Shown: piece after piece, positions 38,156 to 47,889 of the stretch
Position numbering within the stretch: the stretch's first letter is position 1
Layout: the number at the start of each line of letters is the position of its first letter
DNA from: Rhodospirillales bacterium
GTDB lineage: Bacteria > Pseudomonadota > Alphaproteobacteria > Rhodospirillales > Defluviicoccaceae
Direction of reading: 5' to 3'
DNA length: 59,461 bases
Assembly (NCBI GenBank): GCA_039808105.1
Contig: JBDHSN010000001.1
Span: 1-59,461, forward strand
Notes under the pieces: generated by a model
Told to the model about the DNA's origin: nothing
Seen by the model: only the letters and a program-made list of their open reading frames with translations
Databases searched by the model: none
Made by a program: the position numbers and the translations under genes

Positions 38156-40042
38156 ATGACAACGATGACTTTGACCTCCCCAGGCCAGCACGACGCCGCG
38201 GCACGCGAGATGCTCGATTCCGTCGTCGTGCGCTTCGCCGGCGATTCCGGCGACGGTATCCAGCTGACGGGGAACCGCTTCGCGTCGGCGACGGCGCTGG
38301 CCGGCAACGACCTTGCCACCTTCCCCGATTTTCCGGCCGAGATCCGCGCCCCCGTTGGCACCACATACGGGGTATCCGCATTCCAGATCAACTTCGGCGC
38401 GCGGGCGATCAAGACCTCCGGCGACGCTCCGGACGTGCTGGTGGCGCTCAATCCGGCGGCGCTCAAGGTCGAGCTGTCGCGGCTGAAACCGGGCGGCATC
38501 GTCATCGTCGACACCGGCACCTTCAGCGAGCGCAACCTGAGCAAGGCGGGTTATGCCGCCAACCCGCTCACCGACGGCACGCTCGCCAGTTACCGCGTGA
38601 TCGAGGTCGACGTCTCCCGGCTGACGATGGAAGCGGTCAAGCCGCTGGGCGTCTCCAAGCACACGGCGCTGCGCTGCAAGAACTTCTGGACGCTCGGCCT
38701 CGTCTACTGGATGTTCGGCCGCGATCGCTCAGTGACCGCCGAATGGCTGAAGCGGAAGTTCGCCGACGAGCCGCTGGTGGCGCAGGCGAACATCGCCGCG
38801 CTCGACGCCGGCCACGCGTTCGGCGAGACCGCCGAGGTCAACGGCGATCTGACCGGCTATTCCGTCGGCCCGGCCGCGCTGACGCCGGGGCTCTACCGCA
38901 CCATCACCGGCGGCGAAGCGCTGGCCTGGGGCCTGGTGGTCGGCGCCCACCTGGCGGGACTGCGGCTGTTCTTCGCCTCCTACCCGATCACCCCGGCGTC
39001 GCCGCTGCTGCATGCGCTGGCGCGGCTGCGGCCGCTTGGCGTTGCCACCTTCCAGGCCGAGGACGAGATCGCCGCCGTCTGTGCCGCGATCGGTGCCTCG
39101 TACGCCGGCTCGCTTGGCGTGACCTCCAGTTCAGGTCCCGGCATCGCGCTGAAGGGCGAGGCGATGGGGCTCGCCGTCGCCGCCGAGTTGCCGCTGGTAG
39201 TGGTCAACACCCAGCGCGCCGGCCCCTCCACCGGCATGCCGACGAAGACCGAGCAGTCGGATCTGATGCAGGCGCTGTACGGCCGGCACGGCGAAAGCCC
39301 GGTGGCGGTGCTGGCGGCACGCGCGCCGTTCGACTGCTTCGATACCGCCATCGAGGCGGTGCGGATTGCCACCAAGTTCATGATCCCGGTGATCATCCTT
39401 TCCGACGGCTACATCGCCAACGCCGCCCAGCCGTGGCGAATCCCGGCGGTCGAGAAGATGACGCCGTTCCCGGTGCACTTCCGCACCGACCCGGAAGGCT
39501 TCCAGCCCTACGCCCGCGATCCGCAGACGCTGGCCCGGCCGTGGGCGGTCCCGGGGACGCCGGGCCTGGAGCACCGCCTCGGCGGCATCGAGAAGGACTC
39601 GCTGACCGGCGCGATCTCCTACGATCCGGCCAATCATCAGCGGATGACCGACACCCGCGCCGCCAAGCTCGAGCGCATCGCCGACGACATCCCGCTGCAG
39701 ACGGTCGAGGCCGGCCCCGACCACGGCCCGCTGGCGGTGGTCGGCTGGGGATCGACGTATGGGCCGATCAACCGGGCGGTGAGCTCGCTGATCGAGCGCG
39801 GCTACAGCGTCGCCCATATCCACCTGCACCACCTCTGCCCGCTGCCGCGCAACCTCGGCGAGCTGCTGCGCCGGTACGACCACGTGCTGGTGCCGGAGAT
39901 GAACAAGGGCCAACTGGTGACACTGCTGCGAGCGAACTATCTCGTGCCGGCAGAAGGGCTGAACAAGATTTCCGGACAGCCGTTCAAGATCGGCGAGATC
40001 GAAGCAGCGGTGCTCGCCCGCCTGGAGCAGACAGCGCAATGA
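38156..40042 (+). CDS. 2-oxoacid:ferredoxin oxidoreductase alpha subunit (fused gamma-alpha)
   Basis: FAGDSGDG, YPITP, QAEDE, QRAGPSTGMPTK and EMN.GQL. Confidence 0.93.
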   Translation: MTTMTLTSPGQHDAAAREMLDSVVVRFAGDSGDGIQLTGNRFASATALAGNDLATFPDFPAEIRAPVGTTYGVSAFQINFGARAIKTSGDAPDVLVALNPAALKVELSRLKPGGIVIVDTGTFSERNLSKAGYAANPLTDGTLASYRVIEVDVSRLTMEAVKPLGVSKHTALRCKNFWTLGLVYWMFGRDRSVTAEWLKRKFADEPLVAQANIAALDAGHAFGETAEVNGDLTGYSVGPAALTPGLYRTITGGEALAWGLVVGAHLAGLRLFFASYPITPASPLLHALARLRPLGVATFQAEDEIAAVCAAIGASYAGSLGVTSSSGPGIALKGEAMGLAVAAELPLVVVNTQRAGPSTGMPTKTEQSDLMQALYGRHGESPVAVLAARAPFDCFDTAIEAVRIATKFMIPVIILSDGYIANAAQPWRIPAVEKMTPFPVHFRTDPEGFQPYARDPQTLARPWAVPGTPGLEHRLGGIEKDSLTGAISYDPANHQRMTDTRAAKLERIADDIPLQTVEAGPDHGPLAVVGWGSTYGPINRAVSSLIERGYSVAHIHLHHLCPLPRNLGELLRRYDHVLVPEMNKGQLVTLLRANYLVPAEGLNKISGQPFKIGEIEAAVLARLEQTAQ

Positions 40043-41055
40043 ACGTCGTATCGCCCATCAAGCCACGGACCGCCAAGGACTACGCGTCGGATCAGGAGGT
40101 CCGCTGGTGCCCCGGTTGTGGCGACTATGCGATCCTCAAGGCCGTCCAGAAGACGCTGGCGGATCTGGCGGCCGATCCGGCGCGCACGGTGTTCGTTTCC
40201 GGCATCGGCTGCTCCTCGCGGTTCCCCTATTACATGGCGACCTACGGGTTCCATACGATTCACGGCCGCGCACCGGCGATCGCGACCGGGGTGAAGCTCG
40301 CCAATCCCGATCTCGACGTGTGGATCGTCACCGGCGACGGCGATGCGCTGTCGATCGGCGGTAATCACCTGCTGCATCTGCTGCGGCGCAATGTCGATGT
40401 ACAGCTGCTGCTGTTCAACAACGAGATCTACGGCCTGACCAAGGGGCAGTACTCGCCGACGTCGCGCCCGGGGACGCGTTCGCCGTCGTCCCCCGCCGGC
40501 TCGATTGATCAGCCGGTTGCGCCGGCGTTGTTCGCGCTGGGCGCCGGCGCCCGCTTCGTCGCCCGGGCGATCGATACGCAGAAGCAGCTGGTGGATGTGC
40601 TGAAGCAGGCCTACGAGCATCGCGGCGCCTCCTTCGTCGAGATTTTCCAGAACTGCATCGTCTACAACGACGAGGTGTTCGCCGGCTTTACCGAGAAGGC
40701 GGTGGCGGCGGACGCGCAGCTGCACGTCGAGCACGGCAAACCGCTCCTCTTCGGCGCTGACCGCCGCAGCGGCCTGCGCCTGTCCCCCGGCCGTCTGGAG
40801 CTGGAAACGGTGCGCATCGGCGAGGACGGCATCACCGAGGCGGATATCCTCGTCCACGATGCCACCAGCCGGCCGCTGGCAACGATGCTGGCCGCCTTGA
40901 CCATGCCGGTCGCCCTCGGCGTCCTCTACTGCAACCCGTCCGAGCCGCTGGACGCGGCGATCCAGCGCACGAACGAGGGGATTGCGGCGCCGGCGGCGGC
41001 CGCTGAGCTGAACGCCCTGCTGCGCGGCGGCGATACCTGGACCGTCGCCTCCTGA
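40039..41055 (+). CDS. 2-oxoacid:ferredoxin oxidoreductase beta subunit
   Basis: WCPGCG, SGIGCSS and GDGD...NN (TPP motif); ATGA overlap. Confidence 0.93.
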   Translation: MNVVSPIKPRTAKDYASDQEVRWCPGCGDYAILKAVQKTLADLAADPARTVFVSGIGCSSRFPYYMATYGFHTIHGRAPAIATGVKLANPDLDVWIVTGDGDALSIGGNHLLHLLRRNVDVQLLLFNNEIYGLTKGQYSPTSRPGTRSPSSPAGSIDQPVAPALFALGAGARFVARAIDTQKQLVDVLKQAYEHRGASFVEIFQNCIVYNDEVFAGFTEKAVAADAQLHVEHGKPLLFGADRRSGLRLSPGRLELETVRIGEDGITEADILVHDATSRPLATMLAALTMPVALGVLYCNPSEPLDAAIQRTNEGIAAPAAAAELNALLRGGDTWTVAS

Positions 41056-41081
41056 GCCAACAGCGGCGGGGCGAGGGTGTG

Positions 41082-42440
41082 ATGCCCGTCTCGGTTGCCA
41101 TTATCGGTGCCGGCCCCGCCGGCTTCTATACCGCCGAGGCGCTGCTCGACCGCCTGCCGGATGTGCAGATCGACATCATCGAGCGACTGGCGACGCCGTT
41201 CGGGTTGATCCGCGCCGGTGTCGCGCCGGACCATCAGCACACCAAGCTCGTCACCCGGCGCTTCGAGCAGACCGCGCTGGAGGATGTCGTCCACTTCTAC
41301 GGCAACGTCGCCGTCGGCGAGGCGGTCAGCCTCGCCGAGCTGCGCGGCTTCTATGATGCCATTGTCCTCGCCGTCGGCGCCGGCGTCGACCGGCCGCTCG
41401 GCATTCCGGGCGAGCATCTTGCCGGCGTCTACGGCTCGGCCTTGTTCGTCGGCTGGTACAACGGCCATCCCGATTTCCGTGACCTGCATCCCCGCCTCGC
41501 GGCCGACACCGCCGTCGTCATCGGCAACGGCAACGTCGCCCTCGACGTGGCCCGCGTCCTGGTCAAGTCGCCAGCCGAGATGGCCAGCTCGGATCTCCCC
41601 GATTATGCCGCCGCCGCCATCGCCGCGTCCGGAATTCGCGACGTTTACATCGTCGGCCGCCGCACCGCCGCCGACGTCAAGTTCACCGCCGCCGAATTGC
41701 GCGAGATCGGCCAGCTTGCCGAGGTCGAACCGGTGATCGATCCCGCCGATCTGGAGGTCCCGGTAGCCGCCGCCGATGCCCGCGACCGGCGCCTGCGCGA
41801 GAAGAACCTCGCGATCCTGCGCGGCCTGGCGTCAGGGCCGCGCGGCGACGCCAAGCGCCTGCACTTCTGCTTCGGCCTTGCCCCGGTGGCGATCGAGGGC
41901 GACGATGCGGTGACGGCGATGCTGTTCCGGCGGACGCAAGCCGGCGCCGACGCCATGCCGGTGTGCCTTGCCTGCGGGCTCGTCGTCGCGGCCATCGGGT
42001 ACCGCGCCAGCCCCCTGGATGGCATTCCCTTCGACGCCAGTCGCGGCCTCTATCCCAACGACGACGGCCGCGTCGCCCCCGCCGTCTATGTCGTCGGCTG
42101 GGCGAAGCGCGGCCCCTCGGGGGTCATCGGCAGCAACCGTCCCGACGGCGAGACCTGCGCGGAACAGATCGCCGCCGATACCGCCGCCCGCGACACCCGC
42201 CTTGCCAAGCCGGGCCGCGCGGCCCTGGAGGAAACCCTCGCCGCGCGCGCGGTCCGCACCATCACCTTCGACGACTGGCAGAAGATCGACGCCGCCGAGG
42301 TCGCCGGCGCGCGGCATCCCGCCCCCCGTCGCAAGTTCACCACGCTGGGCGAGATGCTGTCGGTGCTCGCTGACCGCGGCCGACGCGATGCTGCGCGGGA
42401 CGATGCCAGGCACGGTTCAGCCGTGCTGCAGGATGACTGA
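41082..42440 (+). CDS. Ferredoxin--NADP+ reductase (adrenodoxin reductase/FprA-like)
   Basis: GAGPAG, PFGLIRAGVAPDH, WYNGHP, GNGNVALD and GWAKRGPSGVIG. Confidence 0.9.
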   Translation: MPVSVAIIGAGPAGFYTAEALLDRLPDVQIDIIERLATPFGLIRAGVAPDHQHTKLVTRRFEQTALEDVVHFYGNVAVGEAVSLAELRGFYDAIVLAVGAGVDRPLGIPGEHLAGVYGSALFVGWYNGHPDFRDLHPRLAADTAVVIGNGNVALDVARVLVKSPAEMASSDLPDYAAAAIAASGIRDVYIVGRRTAADVKFTAAELREIGQLAEVEPVIDPADLEVPVAAADARDRRLREKNLAILRGLASGPRGDAKRLHFCFGLAPVAIEGDDAVTAMLFRRTQAGADAMPVCLACGLVVAAIGYRASPLDGIPFDASRGLYPNDDGRVAPAVYVVGWAKRGPSGVIGSNRPDGETCAEQIAADTAARDTRLAKPGRAALEETLAARAVRTITFDDWQKIDAAEVAGARHPAPRRKFTTLGEMLSVLADRGRRDAARDDARHGSAVLQDD

Positions 42441-42882
42441 TGCAGACAAAGGAATGGGTCCGATGAGCACCTATGCGGGAGACGTATCGCCACAGCAGGC
42501 CTGGGACGTGCTGGCGGGAGAGGCCAATGCCGTCCTCGTCGACGTGCGCACGCCGGCGGAGTGGAACTATGTCGGCGTTCCCGACCTCGGCCAGCTCGGC
42601 AAGAAGCCGCTGTTCCTGCCGTGGCTGTTCTTCCCGTCAATGGAGATCAACCCGCAGTTCGTGCAGAACCTGGAGACCGTCCATCTCAGCCAGGAGGCAC
42701 CGCTGCTGTTCCTCTGCCGCTCCGGCGTCCGCTCCAAGGCGGCGGCCGTCGCCATGACGGCTCGCGGCTACACCCGCTGCTACAACATCATCGGCGGCTT
42801 CGAGGGCGACGCCGATGCCGCGCATCACCGCGGCACGGTCAGCGGCTGGAAGGCGGGTGGCCTGCCCTGGCTGCAGGGCTGA
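42433..42882 (+). CDS. Rhodanese-like domain protein
   Basis: DVRT.AEW..VG.P, CRSGVRS and GFEG...GW...GLPW.Q. Start may be 42454 or 42463. Confidence 0.88.
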   Translation: MTDADKGMGPMSTYAGDVSPQQAWDVLAGEANAVLVDVRTPAEWNYVGVPDLGQLGKKPLFLPWLFFPSMEINPQFVQNLETVHLSQEAPLLFLCRSGVRSKAAAVAMTARGYTRCYNIIGGFEGDADAAHHRGTVSGWKAGGLPWLQG

Positions 42883-42914
42883 GACTGCCGGCGGCAACGG
42901 CGCTGCCGGCAGTC
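42883..42914. terminator. Stem-loop between convergent genes
   Basis: GACTGCCGGCGGC...GCTGCCGGCAGTC. Confidence 0.5.
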
Positions 42915-42927
42915 CGTAGCGCGGCGC

Positions 42928-44130
42928 CTAGGCCGCCCGCCGCAGCGCCTGATCGAGGTCCTCGATCAGGTCGGCCTCGTCCTCCAGGCCGATCGACAGC
43001 CGTACGGTGCTGTCGAAGATGCCGACCTCGGCGCGTTCTTCCGGCGTGAAGCGCTGATGCGTCGTCGTCGCCGGATGCGTCGCCAGCGACTTGGCGTCGC
43101 CGAGGTTGTTGGAGATGTCGAAGACGCGCAGGCTGTCGAGGAGGCGGTAGGCGTTGTCCTTGCCGCCGCGGACGTCGAGCGTCACCAGGCTGCCGCCGCG
43201 GCGCATCTGCCGCATCGCCAGATCGTGCTGGGGATGGCTGGGGAGCGCCGGATGCAACACCCGTTGCAGGTCGTTGCGGCCGCCCAGGTGGCGGGCGACG
43301 GCCTCGGCGTTGCTGCAGTGGCGCTCGACGCGCAGGTCGAGCGTCTCCAGCCCCTTCAGCAGCAGCCAGGCGTTGAACGGGCTGAGCGAAGGTCCGGTAT
43401 GGCGGTGGAACGGCACCAGCAGCTGCTCGAACCATTCGGCGTCGTTGGCAAGAATGGCGCCACCCAGCGCCCGGCCCTGGCCGTCGATGTGCTTGGTCGC
43501 CGAATAGACGACGATATCCGCACCCAGCTCCAGCGGCCGCTGCAGGATCGGCGTGGCGAAGACGTTGTCCACCACCACCCTGGCGCCCGCGGCATGCGCC
43601 GCCTCGCAGACGAACGGCAGATCGACGATCTCCAGCATCGGGTTCGAGGGGGTTTCGAGAAAGACCGCCTCGGCCGGCCGGGCCAGCGCCCGCTGCCACG
43701 CCGCATTGTCGCGGCCGTCGACAAGCTCCGTCTGGATGCCGAAGCCGGGCAGGATCTCCGAGACGACGTAGTGGCAGGAGCCGAACAGCGCACGCGAGGC
43801 CACCAGCCGGTCGCCGGCGCGCAGGAAGCAGGCGAGCGCGGTGAACACCGCCGCCATGCCGGTCGCCGTCGCCTTGCACAGCGCCGCACCTTCCAGCAGC
43901 GCCAGCCGGCGCTCGAACATCTGCACCGTCGGGTTGGCGAAGCGGGAGTAGACGAAGCGGTCGCGTTCGCCCTTGAACGCCGCCTCCGCTTCCGCGGCCG
44001 AGGCATAGACAAAACCGGAGGTCATGAAGATGGCCTCTGCAGTCTCGTCGAAGCCGGAACGGCGGGTGCCGCCCCGTACCAGGCGCGTCGCCGGGCGCCA
44101 GTTGGTTTCGTCGGAAGGCTCTTTCTTCAT
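42928..44130 (-). CDS. metZ: O-succinylhomoserine sulfhydrylase
   Basis: YSRFANPT, ALFGSC, YSATKHIDGQGR and SNNLGDAKS. Confidence 0.93.
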   Translation of the reverse strand: MKKEPSDETNWRPATRLVRGGTRRSGFDETAEAIFMTSGFVYASAAEAEAAFKGERDRFVYSRFANPTVQMFERRLALLEGAALCKATATGMAAVFTALACFLRAGDRLVASRALFGSCHYVVSEILPGFGIQTELVDGRDNAAWQRALARPAEAVFLETPSNPMLEIVDLPFVCEAAHAAGARVVVDNVFATPILQRPLELGADIVVYSATKHIDGQGRALGGAILANDAEWFEQLLVPFHRHTGPSLSPFNAWLLLKGLETLDLRVERHCSNAEAVARHLGGRNDLQRVLHPALPSHPQHDLAMRQMRRGGSLVTLDVRGGKDNAYRLLDSLRVFDISNNLGDAKSLATHPATTTHQRFTPEERAEVGIFDSTVRLSIGLEDEADLIEDLDQALRRAA

Positions 44131-44139
44131 TGTCTGTGA

Positions 44140-44220
44140 TCCTGTTTCGGCGATCGCTGAGCGCTGCAAGGCAGGCCGGGACGCAGAGGGGCGCCCGGCC
44201 GCATCACCCGCCACACTCGA
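44140..44220 (-). promoter_or_regulatory. Possible variant SAM-II (SAM-alpha) riboswitch in the metZ leader
   Basis: GAGUG...UGAU-[GGCCGGG..CCCGGCC hairpin]-CUUGCAG-CGCUC...UCGCCGAAACAGG next to the SD; only a partial match to the remembered consensus. Confidence 0.35.
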
Positions 44221-44306
44221 CGGGCGCACGATAAAATCCCACTTAAGGGCTGTTGAGGTCGAGCGTTTTTGCTTTCGACGGCCGGTTGGCACAAGCATGG
44301 GGTAAG

Positions 44307-45740
44307 ATGAGCACCATTTCCGACACCGACGACCTGTTCTTCAACCGCATCGGCCTCGACCGACGGCGGCTCGATGCCATCATCGGCGAGGCGCTCAACG
44401 GCGCCGACGATGGCGAGCTTTTCCTGGAATATCGTCAATCGGAAAGCATGGTGCTCGACGACGGCTGCCTGAAGAGCGCTGCCTTCGACACCACCCAGGG
44501 CTTCGGCCTGCGCGCCGTCGCCGGCGAGGCGACCGGCTACGCCCACGCCACCGAGCTTACCGAGGAGGCGGTCAGGCGTGCCGGCGAGGCGGTCGCCGCC
44601 GTCTGCCGCGGCCGCAGCGGCACCGTCGCACTGCCGCCGGCCCGGACCAACCGGTCGCTCTATACCGATGCCAACCCGCTCGCCCTGGTACCGTTCGAGA
44701 CCAAGACGAAGCTGCTGGCGGACATCGATGGCTACGCCCGCGGCCGGGACAGCCGGGTCCGCCAGGTCATCGCCTCGCTGGCGGGCGAATGGCAGGCGGT
44801 CCACGTGCAGCGCCCGGGAGGCGAGCACGCGGCCGATATCCGGCCGCTGGTCCGCCTCAACGTCAGCGTCGTCGTCGAGCAGGACGGCCGCAAGGAGACC
44901 GGCAGCCATGGTACCGGCGGGCGGATCACCTACCAGAGCCTGCTCGATGCCGGCATGTGGCGCGGGGCGGTGGACGAAGCGTTGCGCCAGGCGCTGGTGA
45001 ACCTCGAGTCGGTGCCCGCCCCCGCCGGCGAGATGACCGTCGTGCTGGGTCCGGGCTGGCCGGGCATCCTGCTGCACGAGGCGATCGGCCACGGACTGGA
45101 AGGCGACTTCAACCGCAAAAAGACCTCCGCCTTCGCCGGCCTCGTCGGCCAGCGGGTCGCCTCGCCGGGCGTGACCGTCGTCGATGACGGCACCATCGGC
45201 GATCGCCGCGGCTCGCTGACCATCGACGACGAGGGCACCCCCAGCCAGTGCACGGTGCTGATCGAGGACGGCATCCTCACCGGCTTCATGCAGGATCGGA
45301 TGAATGCCCGGCTGATGGGCGGCACCTCGACTGGCAATGGCCGCCGGCAGAGCTTCGCCCACCGGCCGATGCCGCGGATGACCAATACCTACATGCTCTC
45401 CGGCGCTCACCAGCCGGAAGAAATCCTGCGCTCGGTGAAGAACGGACTCTATGCCACCTCGTTTGGCGGCGGGCAGGTCGATATCACCTCAGGCAAGTTC
45501 GTCTTCTCCTGCACCGAGGCCTACCGAATCGAAGATGGCCGGCTGGGCGCACCGGTGAAAGGAGCAACGCTGATCGGCAACGGCCCGGACGTACTGACCC
45601 GCGTCGCCATGGTCGGCAACGACATGGCCCTTGATCCCGGCATCGGCACCTGCGGCAAGGACGGCCAGGGCGTTCCGGTCGGTGTCGGCCAGCCGACGCT
45701 GCTGATCGAGAACCTGACTGTCGGCGGCACGGCACTCTAA
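44307..45740 (+). CDS. tldD: Metalloprotease TldD
   Basis: LLHEAIGHGLEGD, PRMTNT and CGKDGQGVPVGVGQPT. Confidence 0.96.
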   Translation: MSTISDTDDLFFNRIGLDRRRLDAIIGEALNGADDGELFLEYRQSESMVLDDGCLKSAAFDTTQGFGLRAVAGEATGYAHATELTEEAVRRAGEAVAAVCRGRSGTVALPPARTNRSLYTDANPLALVPFETKTKLLADIDGYARGRDSRVRQVIASLAGEWQAVHVQRPGGEHAADIRPLVRLNVSVVVEQDGRKETGSHGTGGRITYQSLLDAGMWRGAVDEALRQALVNLESVPAPAGEMTVVLGPGWPGILLHEAIGHGLEGDFNRKKTSAFAGLVGQRVASPGVTVVDDGTIGDRRGSLTIDDEGTPSQCTVLIEDGILTGFMQDRMNARLMGGTSTGNGRRQSFAHRPMPRMTNTYMLSGAHQPEEILRSVKNGLYATSFGGGQVDITSGKFVFSCTEAYRIEDGRLGAPVKGATLIGNGPDVLTRVAMVGNDMALDPGIGTCGKDGQGVPVGVGQPTLLIENLTVGGTAL

Positions 45741-45823
45741 GGACCGGCCGGCAGGTCAAGTCTCGACGCCGCCGCAATCCGCTGCTTTGATCAGCCGGGG
45801 AACAACTGCGAGAGGATTGCCGG

Positions 45824-46819
45824 ATGCAGACCCGTCGTCTTGGCCTGTCGGGCCCGGTCGTCTCATCGCTCGGGCTCGGCCTGATGGGCATGTCCGACTT
45901 CTATGGTCCCGCTGATCGCGGGGAGAGCATTGCCACCATCCACGCGGCACTCGACGCCGGCGTCACCCTGCTCGATACCGGCGACTTCTACGGATCGGGC
46001 CACAACGAGATGCTGCTGGCCGAGGCGCTGCAAGGGCGGGTGCGCGATAATGCCATCGTCAGCGTGAAGTTCGGGGCGATGCGCGATCCGGCCGGCGGCT
46101 TCATCGGCAACGATACCCGGCCGGCGGCAGTGAAGAACTTCCTCGCCTACACCCTGCGGCGCCTGCGCACCGACTACATCGACATCTACCGGCCGGCCCG
46201 CGTCGACCCGCAGGTGCCGATCGAGGACACCGTCGGTGCCATCGCCGATATGATCCGCGCCGGCTACGTCCGTTATCTCGGCCTCAGCGAGGCGTCCGCC
46301 GCGACCGTCCGCCGCGCCCACGCGGTGCATCCGGTTGTCGATCTGCAGATCGAGTATTCGCTGCTCAGCCGCGGCATCGAGGAGGAGATCCTGCCGACGC
46401 TGCGCGAGCTCGGCATCGGCGTGACGGCGTATGGGGTGCTGTCGCGCGGGCTGATCAGCGCCGGCGCCGCCCGCGGCGAGAGCGCTTCCGGCTTCCGCGC
46501 CCACCTGCCCCGCTTCCAGGGGGAGAACCTCGCCCGCAACCTGGCGCTGGTCGAGGCGCTCGGCGCGATCGCCAAGGGAAAGGGCATCAGTGTCTCGCAG
46601 CTTGCCATCGCCTGGGTCGCGTCCCGCGGCTCCGACATCGTGCCGCTGGTCGGCGCCCGGCGGCGGGATCGCCTCGCCGAGGCGATCGCCGCGCTCGACG
46701 TCAGCCTGAGCGAGACCGATCTTGCGGCGATTGGGGCGGCGGTACCGCCCGACGCCGTCGCCGGCAGCCGCTACGATTCCGGCCAGATGGCGATGCTGGA
46801 TAGCGAACGCGCCCCCTGA
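45824..46819 (+). CDS. Aldo/keto reductase
   Basis: GLGLMGMS, DTGDFYG, GLSE and QIEYSL. Confidence 0.92.
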   Translation: MQTRRLGLSGPVVSSLGLGLMGMSDFYGPADRGESIATIHAALDAGVTLLDTGDFYGSGHNEMLLAEALQGRVRDNAIVSVKFGAMRDPAGGFIGNDTRPAAVKNFLAYTLRRLRTDYIDIYRPARVDPQVPIEDTVGAIADMIRAGYVRYLGLSEASAATVRRAHAVHPVVDLQIEYSLLSRGIEEEILPTLRELGIGVTAYGVLSRGLISAGAARGESASGFRAHLPRFQGENLARNLALVEALGAIAKGKGISVSQLAIAWVASRGSDIVPLVGARRRDRLAEAIAALDVSLSETDLAAIGAAVPPDAVAGSRYDSGQMAMLDSERAP

Positions 46820-46835
46820 GGCTGGCTTGCGAGAC

Positions 46836-46873
46836 GATCGTCAGGGCGGGGCTCCGTTCCGGCCCTGACGATC
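46836..46873 (+). terminator. Stem-loop after the aldo/keto reductase gene
   Basis: GATCGTCAGGGC...GCCCTGACGATC. Confidence 0.4.
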
Positions 46874-46925
46874 CGCTCACGATTTTGCCGGCACCCGGGT
46901 GCCGGCGGTGTGGACTGGATCGGAA

Positions 46926-47801
46926 ATGGGCATCAAGACCAGCGTGGCGGCCCTGCTGCTGCGTGCCAGGGAAAGTGGGACGCGGTTCGATACGACGGCA
47001 ACGATCGGCCGGCAGTCGCTGACCGTCCCGGTTGCGGACCTCGCAAAGCTGGCCAAACGCCGCGGGATCGCCGAGCCGGACTGGCGCCGCTTCGCCGCCG
47101 ACGGCTACTGCGAAGACTTCCTCCGCAGCTACCTCGACGCGCAAGCCGTGACCTCGTTCGATGCCTCGCCCTACCAGGACGCCAGCGTCGTCCACGACTT
47201 CAACCAGCCGCTGCCCGCTGCCTACCATGCAGCGTTCGATGCCGTGATCGACGGCGGGACGATGGAGCACATCTTCGATGTCCGCCAAGTGCTGGCCAAC
47301 TACATGGGCATGATCAGGGAAGGCGGCAGCCTGTTCATCGTCACTCCCGCCAACAACCTGTGCGGCCATGGCTTCTACCAGTTCAGCCCGGAGCTGTTCT
47401 ACCGGGTGTTCAGCGCGGACAACGGCTTTCAGGTCGAGAGCCTGTGCCTGATCGAGACGGCCTCGCACTTCGTCGAGCGCAGCCGGCGGCAGGCGGTCTA
47501 CCGGACGGTCGATCCGGCGACGCTGCGCCGGCGCATCTCCATCGTCGGCGACAAGCCGGTTTCGCTCTTCGTGCACGCCCGGCGGACCGCGGTGCAGCCG
47601 CTGTTCGCCACCCCGCCGCAGCAGAGCGACTACAAGGCGAGCTGGCAGGCGGCGGAGAGCGGCGACGAGCCGACGCGCGGCCGGGATGCCACCAAGCCGT
47701 TCGCCTACTTCTCGCCCTGGGAAGCCGGCCGCCGACGCCTGCGCCAGCGCCGCAAGAACTCGCTGCGCAACCGCAAATGGTTCGAGCCGCTGGAGCCGTA
47801 A
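46926..47801 (+). CDS. Class I SAM-dependent methyltransferase-like protein
   Basis: SFDAS.Y..A....DFNQP, FDAVIDGGTMEHIFD and PANN..GHGFYQFSPELF. Confidence 0.65.
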   Translation: MGIKTSVAALLLRARESGTRFDTTATIGRQSLTVPVADLAKLAKRRGIAEPDWRRFAADGYCEDFLRSYLDAQAVTSFDASPYQDASVVHDFNQPLPAAYHAAFDAVIDGGTMEHIFDVRQVLANYMGMIREGGSLFIVTPANNLCGHGFYQFSPELFYRVFSADNGFQVESLCLIETASHFVERSRRQAVYRTVDPATLRRRISIVGDKPVSLFVHARRTAVQPLFATPPQQSDYKASWQAAESGDEPTRGRDATKPFAYFSPWEAGRRRLRQRRKNSLRNRKWFEPLEP

Positions 47802-47889
47802 GCGGCGCCGGCGACGCTGCTCACGGCGGTTGACAGGCGGCGGCGAGGCTGCAAACTCCGCCCCCGATCCTTCCGGGGGCTGGCCCGCC

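Noticed and set aside
44286-44302. sigma54 promoter before tldD (TTGGCACAAGCATGG)
   Set aside because: The -12 GC is absent at the required spacing, and the site is too close to the start codon.
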